64,000 nucleotides of DNA from Elusimicrobiota bacterium (GCA_038060535.1 JBBTHA010000021.1:1813-65812), one strand, 5' to 3'. Counted from the first letter of the stretch, positions 27,578 through 37,116 are shown. Made by a program: numbers and translations. The notes: generated by a model from the sequence alone, not told the origin.

Positions 27578-28486
27578 TTAATGCAGCTCGAGCACAAAAG
27601 TCATATCTGGGTGATCGCCGTAGGAATAGGGCTTTTCAAACCACAGCTTCATGGAGATTTTCGCCGGGAGGTCTTTGACGGTGAACCGGAAGTTCCGAGA
27701 GGGCGCCGGGCTCATATTGTTGCAGCAAGAGGCCGGATTTCCGCAGCTTCCTCCGCAATGGATGTACTGAGGAATTTGAATGGCGTGAACGCTGTCGCTT
27801 TGCCAGGCGATGTTTTTTGAATTGGCTCCGTCTACCCAAAGGTAGTTTAAACCAAAGTCCCGTGCGTTGTATCCGATAAGCTCAAGTTCACGGTCGAATC
27901 CGCTTGCCGTGCGGGACAGAAAGTCGAAATATTTTCCAACTTCATAACGAGCCGCCGCTTGGGCGGAGTCGCTGCGCCATTCCAGGGAGGACGGCAGCAG
28001 GTGCGGCGGATCTTCACCATTGACGCCTAAGAGATTCCATAGAATGTAGTGTTCGCTCAATCCTACAAGCAAAAAAGGATTATTGATAAACCGCGAATGA
28101 GTGGAAATGCCCTCATTGCTTTTCGCGCCCGGTCCGTGATGATCCCACCCACCGAAGCCCCACCAAGGTTTCCCATCTTCGATTGATTCGAATACGCGGC
28201 TTGGTTCGTAATCGGCGGCCGCAAGATCGGGATGTCGAAGGACGAATTCTTTTCGGAGCCCGTACAAATCCCGGCGCGCCTTCCCATTTAAGTCCGAGGG
28301 CGGATTTATGCCCACGCTGCGGAAGCCGCCGAATTTGGCTTCCCCCTTCAAATAAAGGTGATTCGATGTTGGCCTTGCTCTTTTTTTAGAAAGAGGTTCG
28401 CCTTCGCAGCCGCACATCATGATGGCTAATAGGGCAAATCCGAGCCTAATGCCCGGAGTGAAATAATGGATCAAGTTCATCGCCAT
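27578..28486 (-). CDS. Hypothetical lipoprotein in a lower-G+C region
   Basis: Lipobox-like LAIMMCGC after a hydrophobic N-terminus. Cys-rich C-terminal segment (HCGGSCGNPASCCNN). No family recognised. The region is visibly AT-richer than the genome background. Confidence 0.55.
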   Translation of the reverse strand: MAMNLIHYFTPGIRLGFALLAIMMCGCEGEPLSKKRARPTSNHLYLKGEAKFGGFRSVGINPPSDLNGKARRDLYGLRKEFVLRHPDLAAADYEPSRVFESIEDGKPWWGFGGWDHHGPGAKSNEGISTHSRFINNPFLLVGLSEHYILWNLLGVNGEDPPHLLPSSLEWRSDSAQAAARYEVGKYFDFLSRTASGFDRELELIGYNARDFGLNYLWVDGANSKNIAWQSDSVHAIQIPQYIHCGGSCGNPASCCNNMSPAPSRNFRFTVKDLPAKISMKLWFEKPYSYGDHPDMTFVLELH

Positions 28487-28643
28487 CGCCGATCGATCAG
28501 GCGGCCCACTGATTTCTTTTAGCTCGGTACAAGGGCGCTCCAGCTTGCTCCGAATAAAGCCATTATACTGACTAAAGTCGGGAACTCTAACACTTTATTT
28601 CGGTTATATCGAGATTTAATTTGATTCCCCGCCCGATTGTCGC

Positions 28644-28907
28644 TTACGGGAATCGCTCGGGAACATTGTCGAGCGTGAAGGCGAGTCTGAGTCGCTTAAG
28701 GATGGTTCGATCGGGCCGCGAAACATCGGCTTCATATCGGATCACCGTGAACGGCCGCACCTTTAGCGAGCGCGCCAAGTCCTTGAGCTTAAGACCGCGT
28801 CGCATCCTCAGGTTCTTGAGCCAGCCGCCGAACGTCGTGGGCGGGATCAGTAAGTCATAGGGGTCCCCCTTCGCCCCGGGAAACGCCTCCTTGAAGGGGT
28901 CGGCCAA
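28644..28907 (-). CDS. XRE-family HTH regulator (as called from its TTG start); the frame is open upstream to 29174 and encodes a second XRE HTH with no ATG/GTG/TTG start
   Basis: HTH2 is WLKNLRMRRGLKLKDLARSLKVRPFTVIRYEADVSRPD. The in-frame upstream region encodes HTH1 (LRFLRHKAGLSLDALAEKSGLQRNILSRLERDK) but has no canonical start before TTG 28907. Possible pseudogene or non-canonical initiation. Confidence 0.4.
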   Translation of the reverse strand: MADPFKEAFPGAKGDPYDLLIPPTTFGGWLKNLRMRRGLKLKDLARSLKVRPFTVIRYEADVSRPDRTILKRLRLAFTLDNVPERFP

Positions 28908-29224
28908 GAATGGGAGAATTCGTCCAAGGACCCAGGGGAGGTTAGCTTCGCGGCCCTTGTCGCGCTCGAGCCGGGAGAGGATGTTTCGCTGAAGTCCGCT
29001 CTTCTCGGCCAGGGCGTCGAGGCTCAGGCCGGCCTTGTGGCGAAGAAAGCGGAGCCGAACGCCGAGAGAGGCCTTGCCCGGGTCGGGGAGCAGGAAAGAA
29101 ACGGGTTTGACCGGTTTAAAGCGTCTTTTCAGCCCGAATTCTGTCCCCGCTACATCCCCTATGGGACCCCAGCTTTAATGAGACGGCCTCGGTCGTTGCA
29201 AGTAAAAGTTAGACTAACAGCCGC

Positions 29225-31456
29225 ATGATCTTCTGGCTGGCCTTCGCGACGCTCCTCTACGAAATCGTTCTGAGCCGCATCTTCGCGTACATCCTGCCGT
29301 ATCATTTCATTCCATTAGCCGTCTCTCTGGCGATGCTGGGCTTGGGGCTGGGCGCCTGCCTCAGCATCTTTTGGCGAAGACTGGAGGGCCCAGACGGCTC
29401 GGCGGCGGCGCTCGCCGCGCTTTCCATTGCGCTGCTCGCGTTCATTGCCGAGCTGTTTGTCCACTGGGGCTTCGTGCTGATCGTCGCGTCGGCCTTTCCC
29501 CCCCTATTAGTGCTGGGCACGCTGATGGCTCGGATTTACGGAGCGTCGGCTCGCCCCGAGAGGACCTATGCGTTGGACTTGATCGGCGGCTCGGTCGCCT
29601 GCTTGCTCGCGTTCCGGCTCTTCGATCGCTTCGGCCCGATCACAATCTTGCTCGCTCTGGCCTGCGCTTTCGGCATCGCCGCCGCCGCCGTCGCCTCGTC
29701 TCGACGGTTTCGTCTTATCGGCGTCATGGCGGCGGCGCTGTCCGCGGGGGCGGCTATCGCTTGGATGGCCGGCCTGGTCCCCAACCTCGGCATATCTCCA
29801 CCGTGCGGAGCCGACAAGCCCATGTATGAGGCCATGCGCCGCGAAAACGGCCGGATCACGGATTTCATCTGGGGTTCGGCCGGCCGTGCGGATTTGTACG
29901 AACATCCGGTTTTTAAGAACATCAAATGGATTTACAACGACGCCACCAATTCCTCCTACCTGGTTCACGATCCTGACACGCCCGCGAGGAAGGATTTCCT
30001 GCGCGGCCTCGCGCTTAACATTCCTTTCGCTCTGCAGCAGCCGCACCGAGTCTTGATCATCGGTTCGGGCGGCGGCCTCGAGATCCAATTGGCGGGATTG
30101 GCCGGCGCCGCCGAGATTGATGCGGTGGAGGTCAACCCGGCGACTGTCGCGCTTGTTCGCCGGTCAGCGGAATTTGCCGGCCGGATTTACGATGTTCCAG
30201 CCGTCAATCTGCATATCGAGGAAGGACGCCGATTTCTCTCATCCATGCAGCGTCCGTACGATCTGATCCAGATGTCGTTGGCCTTTACCAGCACCGCGAT
30301 GTCCGGCAGCTTCACGCTCGTTGAAGGCTATCTCAACACCGTCGAGGCTTACCGCCTTTATCTCTCTCGTCTCGCCCCGAAAGGGCTTCTCGCCGTGCTC
30401 GACGACTCGCGTGAACGCTCCTTGCGCGGCGTGTTGACTGCCGTCGCCGTTTTCGAAGAAAAAGGGCTCTCATCGGCGCAGGCGCTGCGCCGGATCGCGG
30501 TTGTTGGAAATTCCGTAGACGGCACGGGCTACGCCTATCTCGTGATCGTGTCTCCGGAGGAGCTTACCGTCTCAATGCGCCGACGACTGATGGCGTTGTG
30601 CCGCAAGCGAGGCTTCAAGCCTCTGTGGGTCCCGGAATTTTCCGCTGAGGAGCCTTTTATCTCGCTGCTGAGCGCGGGTCGAGAAGATTTTAGCGCTCGA
30701 CAGCCTCTGGACTTCGGCCCGCGCACGGACGACCGCCCTTACTTCTTCTATTTTGGGAAAGGGTGGATCTCTCTGTGGCAAACGTTGAGGCCGATAGCGC
30801 TGCTGTGTCTTGTCTCACTTTTGTTCGCGCTCGTGACGGCGCGAATCCTGAGGACTGCGGAGAAGCACACGCTGCGGCCTGCCGCGCTCTCCGCGTTGTG
30901 CGGCGTGTCATTCATGCTTGTCGAATCCGGCCTCCTGCAGAAGCTGATGTTGGCAACCCGTTCTCCGGCGCAAGTTCTATCCCTGCTTCTCTTCTCGCTG
31001 CTGTTCTGGTGCGGGGTCGGCAGCCGCTTGGCCGAATTTCTTCAACGGCGTCGCCGATTTCAATTGTGGGGCGCCTTCGCGGCCGCTGCCGCCGCAACGG
31101 CCGCCGCCGCTATTTTCCTTGACCACCGCGCATTGGAAGGCGTTCCCTCGGAGATGCAGCGTCACGCGCTCGTCTTCTTGTTCCTGGCGCCGGTTGGCTT
31201 AAGCTTAGGAATGCCCTTTCCTCTTTTGCTGAAGCAGCAGGCGAGTCGACCGCGCGTCAACGCCCTGCTTTGGGGGATCAACGGCTTCGCTTCGGTCGGC
31301 GGCGCGTGCCTGGCCTTGATGATCTCTTTCGTCGTCGGAATACGCATGTCGATGCTGGCGGGAGCGGTCGGCTACTTGGCCGCCGCCCTGTTATCCTATC
31401 GGTCGCAAGCCAGCGCCCGCCGTCAAGAGGTAGGTTCTAACGCCGTCTCAGCCTAG
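29225..31456 (+). CDS. Spermidine-synthase-like (aminopropyltransferase fold) protein fused to N- and C-terminal polytopic membrane domains
   Basis: Multiple N-terminal TM helices. Central [40 protein letters not shown] (SAM-dependent spermidine-synthase fold). C-terminal TM helices. Confidence 0.7.
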   Translation: MIFWLAFATLLYEIVLSRIFAYILPYHFIPLAVSLAMLGLGLGACLSIFWRRLEGPDGSAAALAALSIALLAFIAELFVHWGFVLIVASAFPPLLVLGTLMARIYGASARPERTYALDLIGGSVACLLAFRLFDRFGPITILLALACAFGIAAAAVASSRRFRLIGVMAAALSAGAAIAWMAGLVPNLGISPPCGADKPMYEAMRRENGRITDFIWGSAGRADLYEHPVFKNIKWIYNDATNSSYLVHDPDTPARKDFLRGLALNIPFALQQPHRVLIIGSGGGLEIQLAGLAGAAEIDAVEVNPATVALVRRSAEFAGRIYDVPAVNLHIEEGRRFLSSMQRPYDLIQMSLAFTSTAMSGSFTLVEGYLNTVEAYRLYLSRLAPKGLLAVLDDSRERSLRGVLTAVAVFEEKGLSSAQALRRIAVVGNSVDGTGYAYLVIVSPEELTVSMRRRLMALCRKRGFKPLWVPEFSAEEPFISLLSAGREDFSARQPLDFGPRTDDRPYFFYFGKGWISLWQTLRPIALLCLVSLLFALVTARILRTAEKHTLRPAALSALCGVSFMLVESGLLQKLMLATRSPAQVLSLLLFSLLFWCGVGSRLAEFLQRRRRFQLWGAFAAAAAATAAAAIFLDHRALEGVPSEMQRHALVFLFLAPVGLSLGMPFPLLLKQQASRPRVNALLWGINGFASVGGACLALMISFVVGIRMSMLAGAVGYLAAALLSYRSQASARRQEVGSNAVSA

Positions 31457-32727
31457 GTTCTGCGGGTCTTGCGTGGCGAGAAGGTCGGCTGGGGCAGCCC
31501 GGCCACCGCGCGGAAGGCGTCGCGCGCGATGAGGAGCTCCTCGTTGGTGGGGATGACGAGGATCTTCACCCGCGAGGCCTTCGTCGAGACCTCCCCCGTC
31601 TGCCCGCCCTTGAGGGCGGTGTTGCGCGCCGCGTCGAGCTCGATGCCCAGGGCCTCGAGACCCGCGCAGATGCGCTTGCGGATCGCGGGCGAATTCTCGC
31701 CGATGCCGCCCGAGAAGACCAACGCGTCGGCCCCGCCCATCTCCGCCAGGTAGGAGCCGATGCGGCGGCGGGCGCTGGCGCAGAATACGTCGATGGCCAA
31801 GGTCGCGCGACGGTCTCCGTTGTCCTTCTCCTCCTCCAGCAGCTCGCGCATGTCGCTGGTCAGGCCCGACAGGCCGAGCAGGCCGGACTGCTTGTTGAGC
31901 ATCGTGATCATGTCGGGAAGGCTCAGGCCTTCCTTGTGGGCCAGATATTCAATGACCGAGACGTCGACGTCGCCCGCGCGCGTGCCCATCACCATCCCCT
32001 CGAGCGGGGTGAACCCCATGCTGGTGTTGACGGAGCCTCCGCCCTTGATGGCGCACGCCGAGCAGCCGTTGCCCAGGTGCAAGGTGATGATGTCCACTTT
32101 TTCCTTCGGGATGTTCTTCAGGACGCGGTAGCGGTAGGCGAGGTAGCGGTGCGAGGTGCCGTGGAAGCCGTAGCGGCGGATCTTGTAGCGGCGGTAGAGA
32201 TGATAGGGGATGCCGTAGAGGTAGGCGGTCTCCGGCATGGTGGCGTGGAAGGAGGTGTCGAAGACGGCCACCTGGGGCACGCCCCGGCCGAAGACCTCGG
32301 CGGCGGCGCGGATGCCGCGGATATTGGCGGGGTTGTGCAGGGGTGCCAGCTCGATGCAGTCCTCGATGCCCTCCAGGACCTCGGCGTTGATGACCGTCGA
32401 GGAGCGGAACTTCTCCCCCCCGTGGACCACGCGGTGGCCGATGATGTGGATGTCGGCCATCGACTTGATGCCCTCGATGCCGGACTCCGGCGAGATGACC
32501 CAGCGCACGATGCGGTCGAGCGCGCAGCGGTAGTCCCGCAGGGGCGCGTCCTCCTTGAGCGGCGGACGGCCGGTGGCCTGGAAGTGCACCAGCGCCAGGC
32601 TGCCGATGCGCTCGACCTGGCCTTTGGCCAGGCAGCGGTCGCCGTCGCGGGCGATGAGGTCCTGGTCGGTCTTCACGACCTGGAACTTGATCGAGGAGGA
32701 GCCGGAATTCAGTACGAGGATGTTCAT
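31453..32727 (-). CDS. ackA: Acetate kinase
   Basis: [17 protein letters not shown]...IGHRVVHGG...[12 protein letters not shown]...[14 protein letters not shown]...SGGIGENS. Convergent with the upstream plus-strand gene, with a 4-nt overlap. Confidence 0.9.
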   Translation of the reverse strand: MNILVLNSGSSSIKFQVVKTDQDLIARDGDRCLAKGQVERIGSLALVHFQATGRPPLKEDAPLRDYRCALDRIVRWVISPESGIEGIKSMADIHIIGHRVVHGGEKFRSSTVINAEVLEGIEDCIELAPLHNPANIRGIRAAAEVFGRGVPQVAVFDTSFHATMPETAYLYGIPYHLYRRYKIRRYGFHGTSHRYLAYRYRVLKNIPKEKVDIITLHLGNGCSACAIKGGGSVNTSMGFTPLEGMVMGTRAGDVDVSVIEYLAHKEGLSLPDMITMLNKQSGLLGLSGLTSDMRELLEEEKDNGDRRATLAIDVFCASARRRIGSYLAEMGGADALVFSGGIGENSPAIRKRICAGLEALGIELDAARNTALKGGQTGEVSTKASRVKILVIPTNEELLIARDAFRAVAGLPQPTFSPRKTRRT

Positions 32728-32975
32728 GGGGATAGGATGCTATAAATTGGAGAGGCCGAACAATCGCCGAGCGTCGCGCTCAACGAGCGCGCGTCCGCGA
32801 CCAGGGCATGGATTGCTTCGTCGTCCATGGGGCCCATAGAAGGATGTCCAGTGCGAAGCATGTGGCCGCGATTCTCATGGAGGATGAGCCTCAGCCGCTC
32901 GCCGTATTTAGGCAAGTGGGTCTTGGCGAAGTCAAACTCCGAAGCAGCGGGATTAAGCCTGTCTCATCGCGCACT

Positions 32976-33080
32976 ATGATGTAGCACTTTATGTGAATAA
33001 ATTTTAGACATATATTTATATTTATGTATTTTTTTAAATGATTTATTTAAATACAAATGTAGCATTGACAAGTAGCACCA
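32976..33080. promoter_or_regulatory. ~100-bp extremely AT-rich island with three ATGTAGCA-like motifs and a TTGACA hexamer
   Basis: gatgtagcactttatgtgaataaattttagacatatatttatatttatgtatttttttaaatgatttatttaaatacaaatgtagcattgacaagtagcacc. Stands out in a high-G+C genome. Upstream of ackA and a small ORF on the minus strand. Confidence 0.4.
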
Positions 33081-33213
33081 ATCGCTTCGCGTCTTCGCGG
33101 CTCAAACGGCGTTGAACACAATAATCCACGCGTTCTCATCGCTGATGATTTCAAACTGAAGATTTTCGGTTAACGAGTCCTTCGCCGGCGCGCTCTTTGA
33201 ATCGCTCCGGACC

Positions 33214-33375
33214 CTACCATGTCCACCATATGAACAGCAGCAAAATTGGACATAGCACGAGCATCATCTGCTCCTGGAGGATCCCCGCCGGAATGTCCAA
33301 ATAGCCGGGCAGAGACTGGGCCGCCAGGACCGTCAGGAGCATGATGGCGATGAAGACGACGGTGTCTTTTCGCAT
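33214..33375 (-). CDS. Possible small hydrophobic protein (MRKDTVVFIAIMLLTVLAAQSL...)
   Basis: Internal ATG of ORF 33214..33537. Two predicted TM helices. Overlaps the PGPGW ORF in another frame. Low confidence. Confidence 0.2.
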   Translation of the reverse strand: MRKDTVVFIAIMLLTVLAAQSLPGYLDIPAGILQEQMMLVLCPILLLFIWWTW

Positions 33376-33581
33376 TCCATCCCCCCGTCCCGTTTCGAAC
33401 GCAGGGACTCCCTCAGCCTGTCCATCAGCCTGCGCGCCCAGGCCGACTCGCGAGACAAGACCGTCAATCCGCCAAGGATAACCAACAGTCCCGGCCCCGG
33501 GAGCGGAATCAGAATGATTCCCGCTATCAACAGGCACCAGCCCGCGGCTGCGCGCAGAACCCGCTTGGTCGTCTCGATCAC
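33333..33581 (-). CDS. Small membrane protein with PGPGW motif
   Basis: WCLLIAGIILIPLPGPGLLVILGGLTVLS. Transmembrane PGPGW-family hallmark. Confidence 0.5.
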   Translation of the reverse strand: MIETTKRVLRAAAGWCLLIAGIILIPLPGPGLLVILGGLTVLSRESAWARRLMDRLRESLRSKRDGGMECEKTPSSSSPSCS

Positions 33582-33614
33582 GTTAAGTTCGCTGCGCAGC
33601 CGCCTCTCGAGGGG

Positions 33615-34133
33615 TCATTGCCGGGCACGAGCCATGACATCCTCGTACAAACGGGTCTTCCCCATGAGGAGTTCGTCGAGCATCCCCTCGATCTGTCCGG
33701 CCTCCTGGGGTATCACTTCGCGGACATGCCTGAGCCAATCGGGCAGCTGCTCTACGAGTTCTCTCTCAAGAGATGAGTCGTAGCCGAGCCCTCTCCTCTC
33801 AATGAGGGTTCTTCGGAACGCCAACGAGACCAAAAAGGCGTCATCAAGATAGCCGAAGAGCCCGTTGTGCTCCTCAGGCAGGATGTCTCTGGGGTGATAG
33901 AGGTAGGTGAGAACAAATCCCTGAAGCCTGCGCAACTCGGTGCTCATGCCGGGTTCCTCCATCCACGCCCGTATCTGCATCAGCATCTCCGGCATGACCA
34001 GAATCATATTGCGCAGCGGCTGCTCATGGCGGATCGCTTCTTGGGCGCCGACCCGGCGGCGGAGGTGATCGGCAAAGGCGTCCGTGGGGTCCATCGCCAT
34101 CAACTTCAACTGGCTCTTGAATGCTCGCAGCAT
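33615..34133 (-). CDS. Hypothetical cytoplasmic protein
   Basis: ATG 34133 preceded by AAGGAG. 172 aa. No confident family match; the GLFGYLDDAFLV segment is only vaguely DUF1232-like. Confidence 0.6.
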   Translation of the reverse strand: MLRAFKSQLKLMAMDPTDAFADHLRRRVGAQEAIRHEQPLRNMILVMPEMLMQIRAWMEEPGMSTELRRLQGFVLTYLYHPRDILPEEHNGLFGYLDDAFLVSLAFRRTLIERRGLGYDSSLERELVEQLPDWLRHVREVIPQEAGQIEGMLDELLMGKTRLYEDVMARARQ

Positions 34134-34240
34134 TTTTTTCTCCTTGGCCGGCAGACGTCTTCGATCAACACCAAAAGTCTAACAGCCCGGTCTATGATCG
34201 GTCAAACAGATAATATGGTATAAGTTATTCGTATAAACAA

Positions 34241-35128
34241 ATGATACCTCTCAACTACCACCACCTTTACTACTTCTACGTGGTCGCCACGGAAGGCAGC
34301 ATCGTGAAGGCCAAGGAAAAGCTGCTCTTGGCCCAGCCCACGATCAGCGGCCAGATACGCGAGTTGGAGTCGCAGTTGGGCAGACAGCTCTTCGAGCGCA
34401 AGAAGCAGCGTCTCTACCTGACCGAGGAAGGGCGGCTCGTCCTTGAGTATGCTCAGCGCATCTTCGACCTAGGACAGGAGATGTCGGACTCCCTCAAGGA
34501 CCGCCCGCCCGAGGGGCGCCTGCGGGCGCAGGTCGGCCTTGTGACCGGTACGCCTAGGGCCATCGCGCAGGCGTTGGTGGACCATCTCTTCGCGTCATTT
34601 CCCAAGGCGCATCTGACCGTGCGGGAAGATAACCTGGGAGACCTTGAGGCGGAGCTTCGAGCCCATCGGCTCGACCTGATCCTTTCCGACGCCGCCCTTT
34701 CCGGAGAAGAATCTGAGGAATTCATCTCTCGCCTGGCAGGACGCGTCCCGGTCGTTTTGGCCGCGGCTCCCAAGCTGGCGCGCAAACTGGGTCCGCTGCC
34801 GCGGGCGCTCGACGGCGCGCCGATGATCCTGCCGGCCCATCCGAGCCAGGTCTATCATCAGGTGCTCGAGCTCTTCGGCCGCTGGAAGGTCAAACCGGAC
34901 GTGGTGGCGGAAGTGCAGGACGTGGAGCTGGCCCGGCGGCTCGCCGTCGCCGGCCGAGGCATTGTCCCTCTTGACCAGGAGACGCTCAAGGCACGCCATT
35001 CGATTGGAACGCTTGTCGCCCTGCCTTCGAAGCCGTTGGGGGTCTACGAGCCAGTCTATCTCATCGCGCGCCAGCGCCGCTGGCTCAACCCCATGGCTGA
35101 GCGGGCTCTGGACCGGTTCCGGCTTTAG
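34241..35128 (+). CDS. LysR-family transcriptional regulator (NhaR-like N-terminus)
   Basis: MIPLNYHHLYYFYVVATEGSIVKAKEKLLLAQPTISGQIRELE, a LysR HTH resembling NhaR. C-terminal LysR substrate-binding domain. Confidence 0.85.
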   Translation: MIPLNYHHLYYFYVVATEGSIVKAKEKLLLAQPTISGQIRELESQLGRQLFERKKQRLYLTEEGRLVLEYAQRIFDLGQEMSDSLKDRPPEGRLRAQVGLVTGTPRAIAQALVDHLFASFPKAHLTVREDNLGDLEAELRAHRLDLILSDAALSGEESEEFISRLAGRVPVVLAAAPKLARKLGPLPRALDGAPMILPAHPSQVYHQVLELFGRWKVKPDVVAEVQDVELARRLAVAGRGIVPLDQETLKARHSIGTLVALPSKPLGVYEPVYLIARQRRWLNPMAERALDRFRL

Positions 35129-35241
35129 TTGCCTCGCTCACAGAAGCCTAACGCGAATCTGCCAGTTGACCGCGTCCCTTTGGAGGTAGTACTCTTCCGG
35201 TTGCAATGACAGTCCTGGCGTTCATTGGTCAACGGGCCAAT

Positions 35242-35430
35242 ATGAAAAAGATCGCCTTCTGCGTCCTGTTGGCATCGCTGGCGTCATGCAGGCGCCCAGC
35301 AGAGAGTGAGCGGCCCACTGAGCTGATATGCACTGCAGAGGCGAAGATGTGCCCGGACGGTTCCGCGGTGGGCCGGGTCGGACCACATTGCGAGTTCGCC
35401 CCCTGCCCCGCTCAATCCCCCTCTCGCTGA
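35242..35430 (+). CDS. Small Cys-rich lipoprotein (62 aa)
   Basis: MKKIAFCVLLASLASC lipobox. Four further Cys residues (CTAEAKMCPDG...HCEFAPCP). Internal ATG of ORF 35206..35430. Confidence 0.45.
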   Translation: MKKIAFCVLLASLASCRRPAESERPTELICTAEAKMCPDGSAVGRVGPHCEFAPCPAQSPSR

Positions 35431-35544
35431 GTCGCGGCGTGGCTCCAAGCCAAGCCGCTCAGTCGGCAGCTAGACTCAAGGCCCGTCTTTCTTGCTCCAA
35501 GAACCTCTGGAATCTCGGGGCAAAAGAAGAAGCCTAGCGCGAGA

Positions 35545-37116
35545 TCAGGATCTGCCGGGCGCGAAGGCCGGTTGGCGGATAAAATATCTCACGACGGCCA
35601 AGAAAGCCGCCCTGGCCGTGTCTCGCACCTCACGCACCAGAGCGAGATCAACACGCTGCTTGCCGGCGAGTTGGAGGGCCTTCAGTCGCTCACGCGGAGA
35701 GACGAGGCGTTGGTTCACCTCGATCAACTGGGCCAGCTGGGGCGCCAGCAAACTGGCGGCGGCCGCCGCGATCTGCTCCTGGATTGTAGGATCATCGAGA
35801 TCGTATTGCAGGACCTTGTCGAGGGCGAACTTCACGCGGGCGCTGTAGCGTCCGTTGCCGATGAAAACTGGGAAGATGTTCGCACGTGCGGCTTCCTCGT
35901 CGTCGAACTGCCCGCGCGTGAGGAACCGCACCGTGAGTTGCTCGTTCTTGCCCTCGCGAACGACCGCTTCGTAGAAGCCGTGATCTTTCTTGGCGTTTTC
36001 CTCAACCTCGCCGGCGTAAGGGATCGAGCCATTGAAGCGGTGGTAGGTCTTCTTGAATTTCTTTCCCTGCAGACCGGTCCGCGCCAAATCCTGGACTCCG
36101 GAGATCAGGCTGGCCGACATCTCCTCCACTGATTCCGAGAGGAAGAGAGGGTTATCGATCCACCTCAAAAGACGCTGGACCTCCTGCGGCGCATCTTCGT
36201 AGGCGGAGCCCGTCCAGTCGCCGGGCGTCTTGCCGTATTCCTCGGCGATGCCCATGGCCCGGTGATAGACCGTGTGGAAGTTCGTCAGAATCTCATCGGA
36301 CTGGAAGTCTCCCGACATGGAATAGCCGTTGTCCTTGTAAACGTCCGCCTTGGGCAGTGACCACCAACCCGCATCGATGAAAGAAAGCCTCAGAGGAGCG
36401 AACTGCCTCGAGTACTTGCCGCGGTCAACGTAGGCGTGCAAGAATTCATGCAAGAGCTCGGCGTTGGGTTTGGTCAAGAGCGGCCCGAAATTGTCGGCCC
36501 ACAACCAGCCGCTCGATGAGTACCCGGCGCCCCGATTAAGGTTATGGTTCGAGAGCGGACTCCACAGCAGGGTCACGCCCAGGTTCCGCTCCAAACCCCG
36601 TGCCCAGCGATTAATCCAACTCCCGCCCCCCCCGGGAATGACGAGGACGCCGTCGCTCTTCTTCGGCCGCTGGAGGGTCACATTCGCGGCCTCGGCGACT
36701 TCCAGTTGCGCCTTATTGAGCGTCGCACCGTCGAAGGGAGAACCCCACGAGACCGAGAGCTCTTCCATCATCTCCCTGTAGCGGCGCATCGCCGGGTGGT
36801 CCGTGCGCGCGGCGAAGTGCTCGCTGAAGGAGCGAGGCAATTCTGGCTTTTTTGTCTTCTCCGAGGCAGGCGTTGCGGAAGGGGCGATTGTCTTCGTCCC
36901 ATGCGGAACTGTCCGAGCGGGACTCGCAAGCACGGGCTCGGCAAGCACCGACACGGACAGGGGTTGCAGGGAGGAGACAGCCGAAAAGGGCGAGACGACC
37001 ACGGCCGGGAGCATCGGAAAGCCGCCAAGCGGCGTTTCGAGTCGCGGCACGACGGACTTCTGCGCGCCTGCCGGCAACGCCAGAACGACGAATAAGACCA
37101 AACCTCGCCAGAACAT
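35545..37116 (-). CDS. Secreted hypothetical protein with HExxH motif (putative zinc metallopeptidase)
   Basis: Signal peptide MFWRGLVLFVVLALPAGAQ. AELLHEFLHAYVD motif. ~520 aa. Divergent from arsR. Confidence 0.6.
   Translation of the reverse strand: MFWRGLVLFVVLALPAGAQKSVVPRLETPLGGFPMLPAVVVSPFSAVSSLQPLSVSVLAEPVLASPARTVPHGTKTIAPSATPASEKTKKPELPRSFSEHFAARTDHPAMRRYREMMEELSVSWGSPFDGATLNKAQLEVAEAANVTLQRPKKSDGVLVIPGGGGSWINRWARGLERNLGVTLLWSPLSNHNLNRGAGYSSSGWLWADNFGPLLTKPNAELLHEFLHAYVDRGKYSRQFAPLRLSFIDAGWWSLPKADVYKDNGYSMSGDFQSDEILTNFHTVYHRAMGIAEEYGKTPGDWTGSAYEDAPQEVQRLLRWIDNPLFLSESVEEMSASLISGVQDLARTGLQGKKFKKTYHRFNGSIPYAGEVEENAKKDHGFYEAVVREGKNEQLTVRFLTRGQFDDEEAARANIFPVFIGNGRYSARVKFALDKVLQYDLDDPTIQEQIAAAAASLLAPQLAQLIEVNQRLVSPRERLKALQLAGKQRVDLALVREVRDTARAAFLAVVRYFIRQPAFAPGRS

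Noticed and set aside
32724-32915. 63-aa ORF upstream of ackA
   Set aside because: TTG start, no RBS, no recognisable features. More likely a 5' leader.
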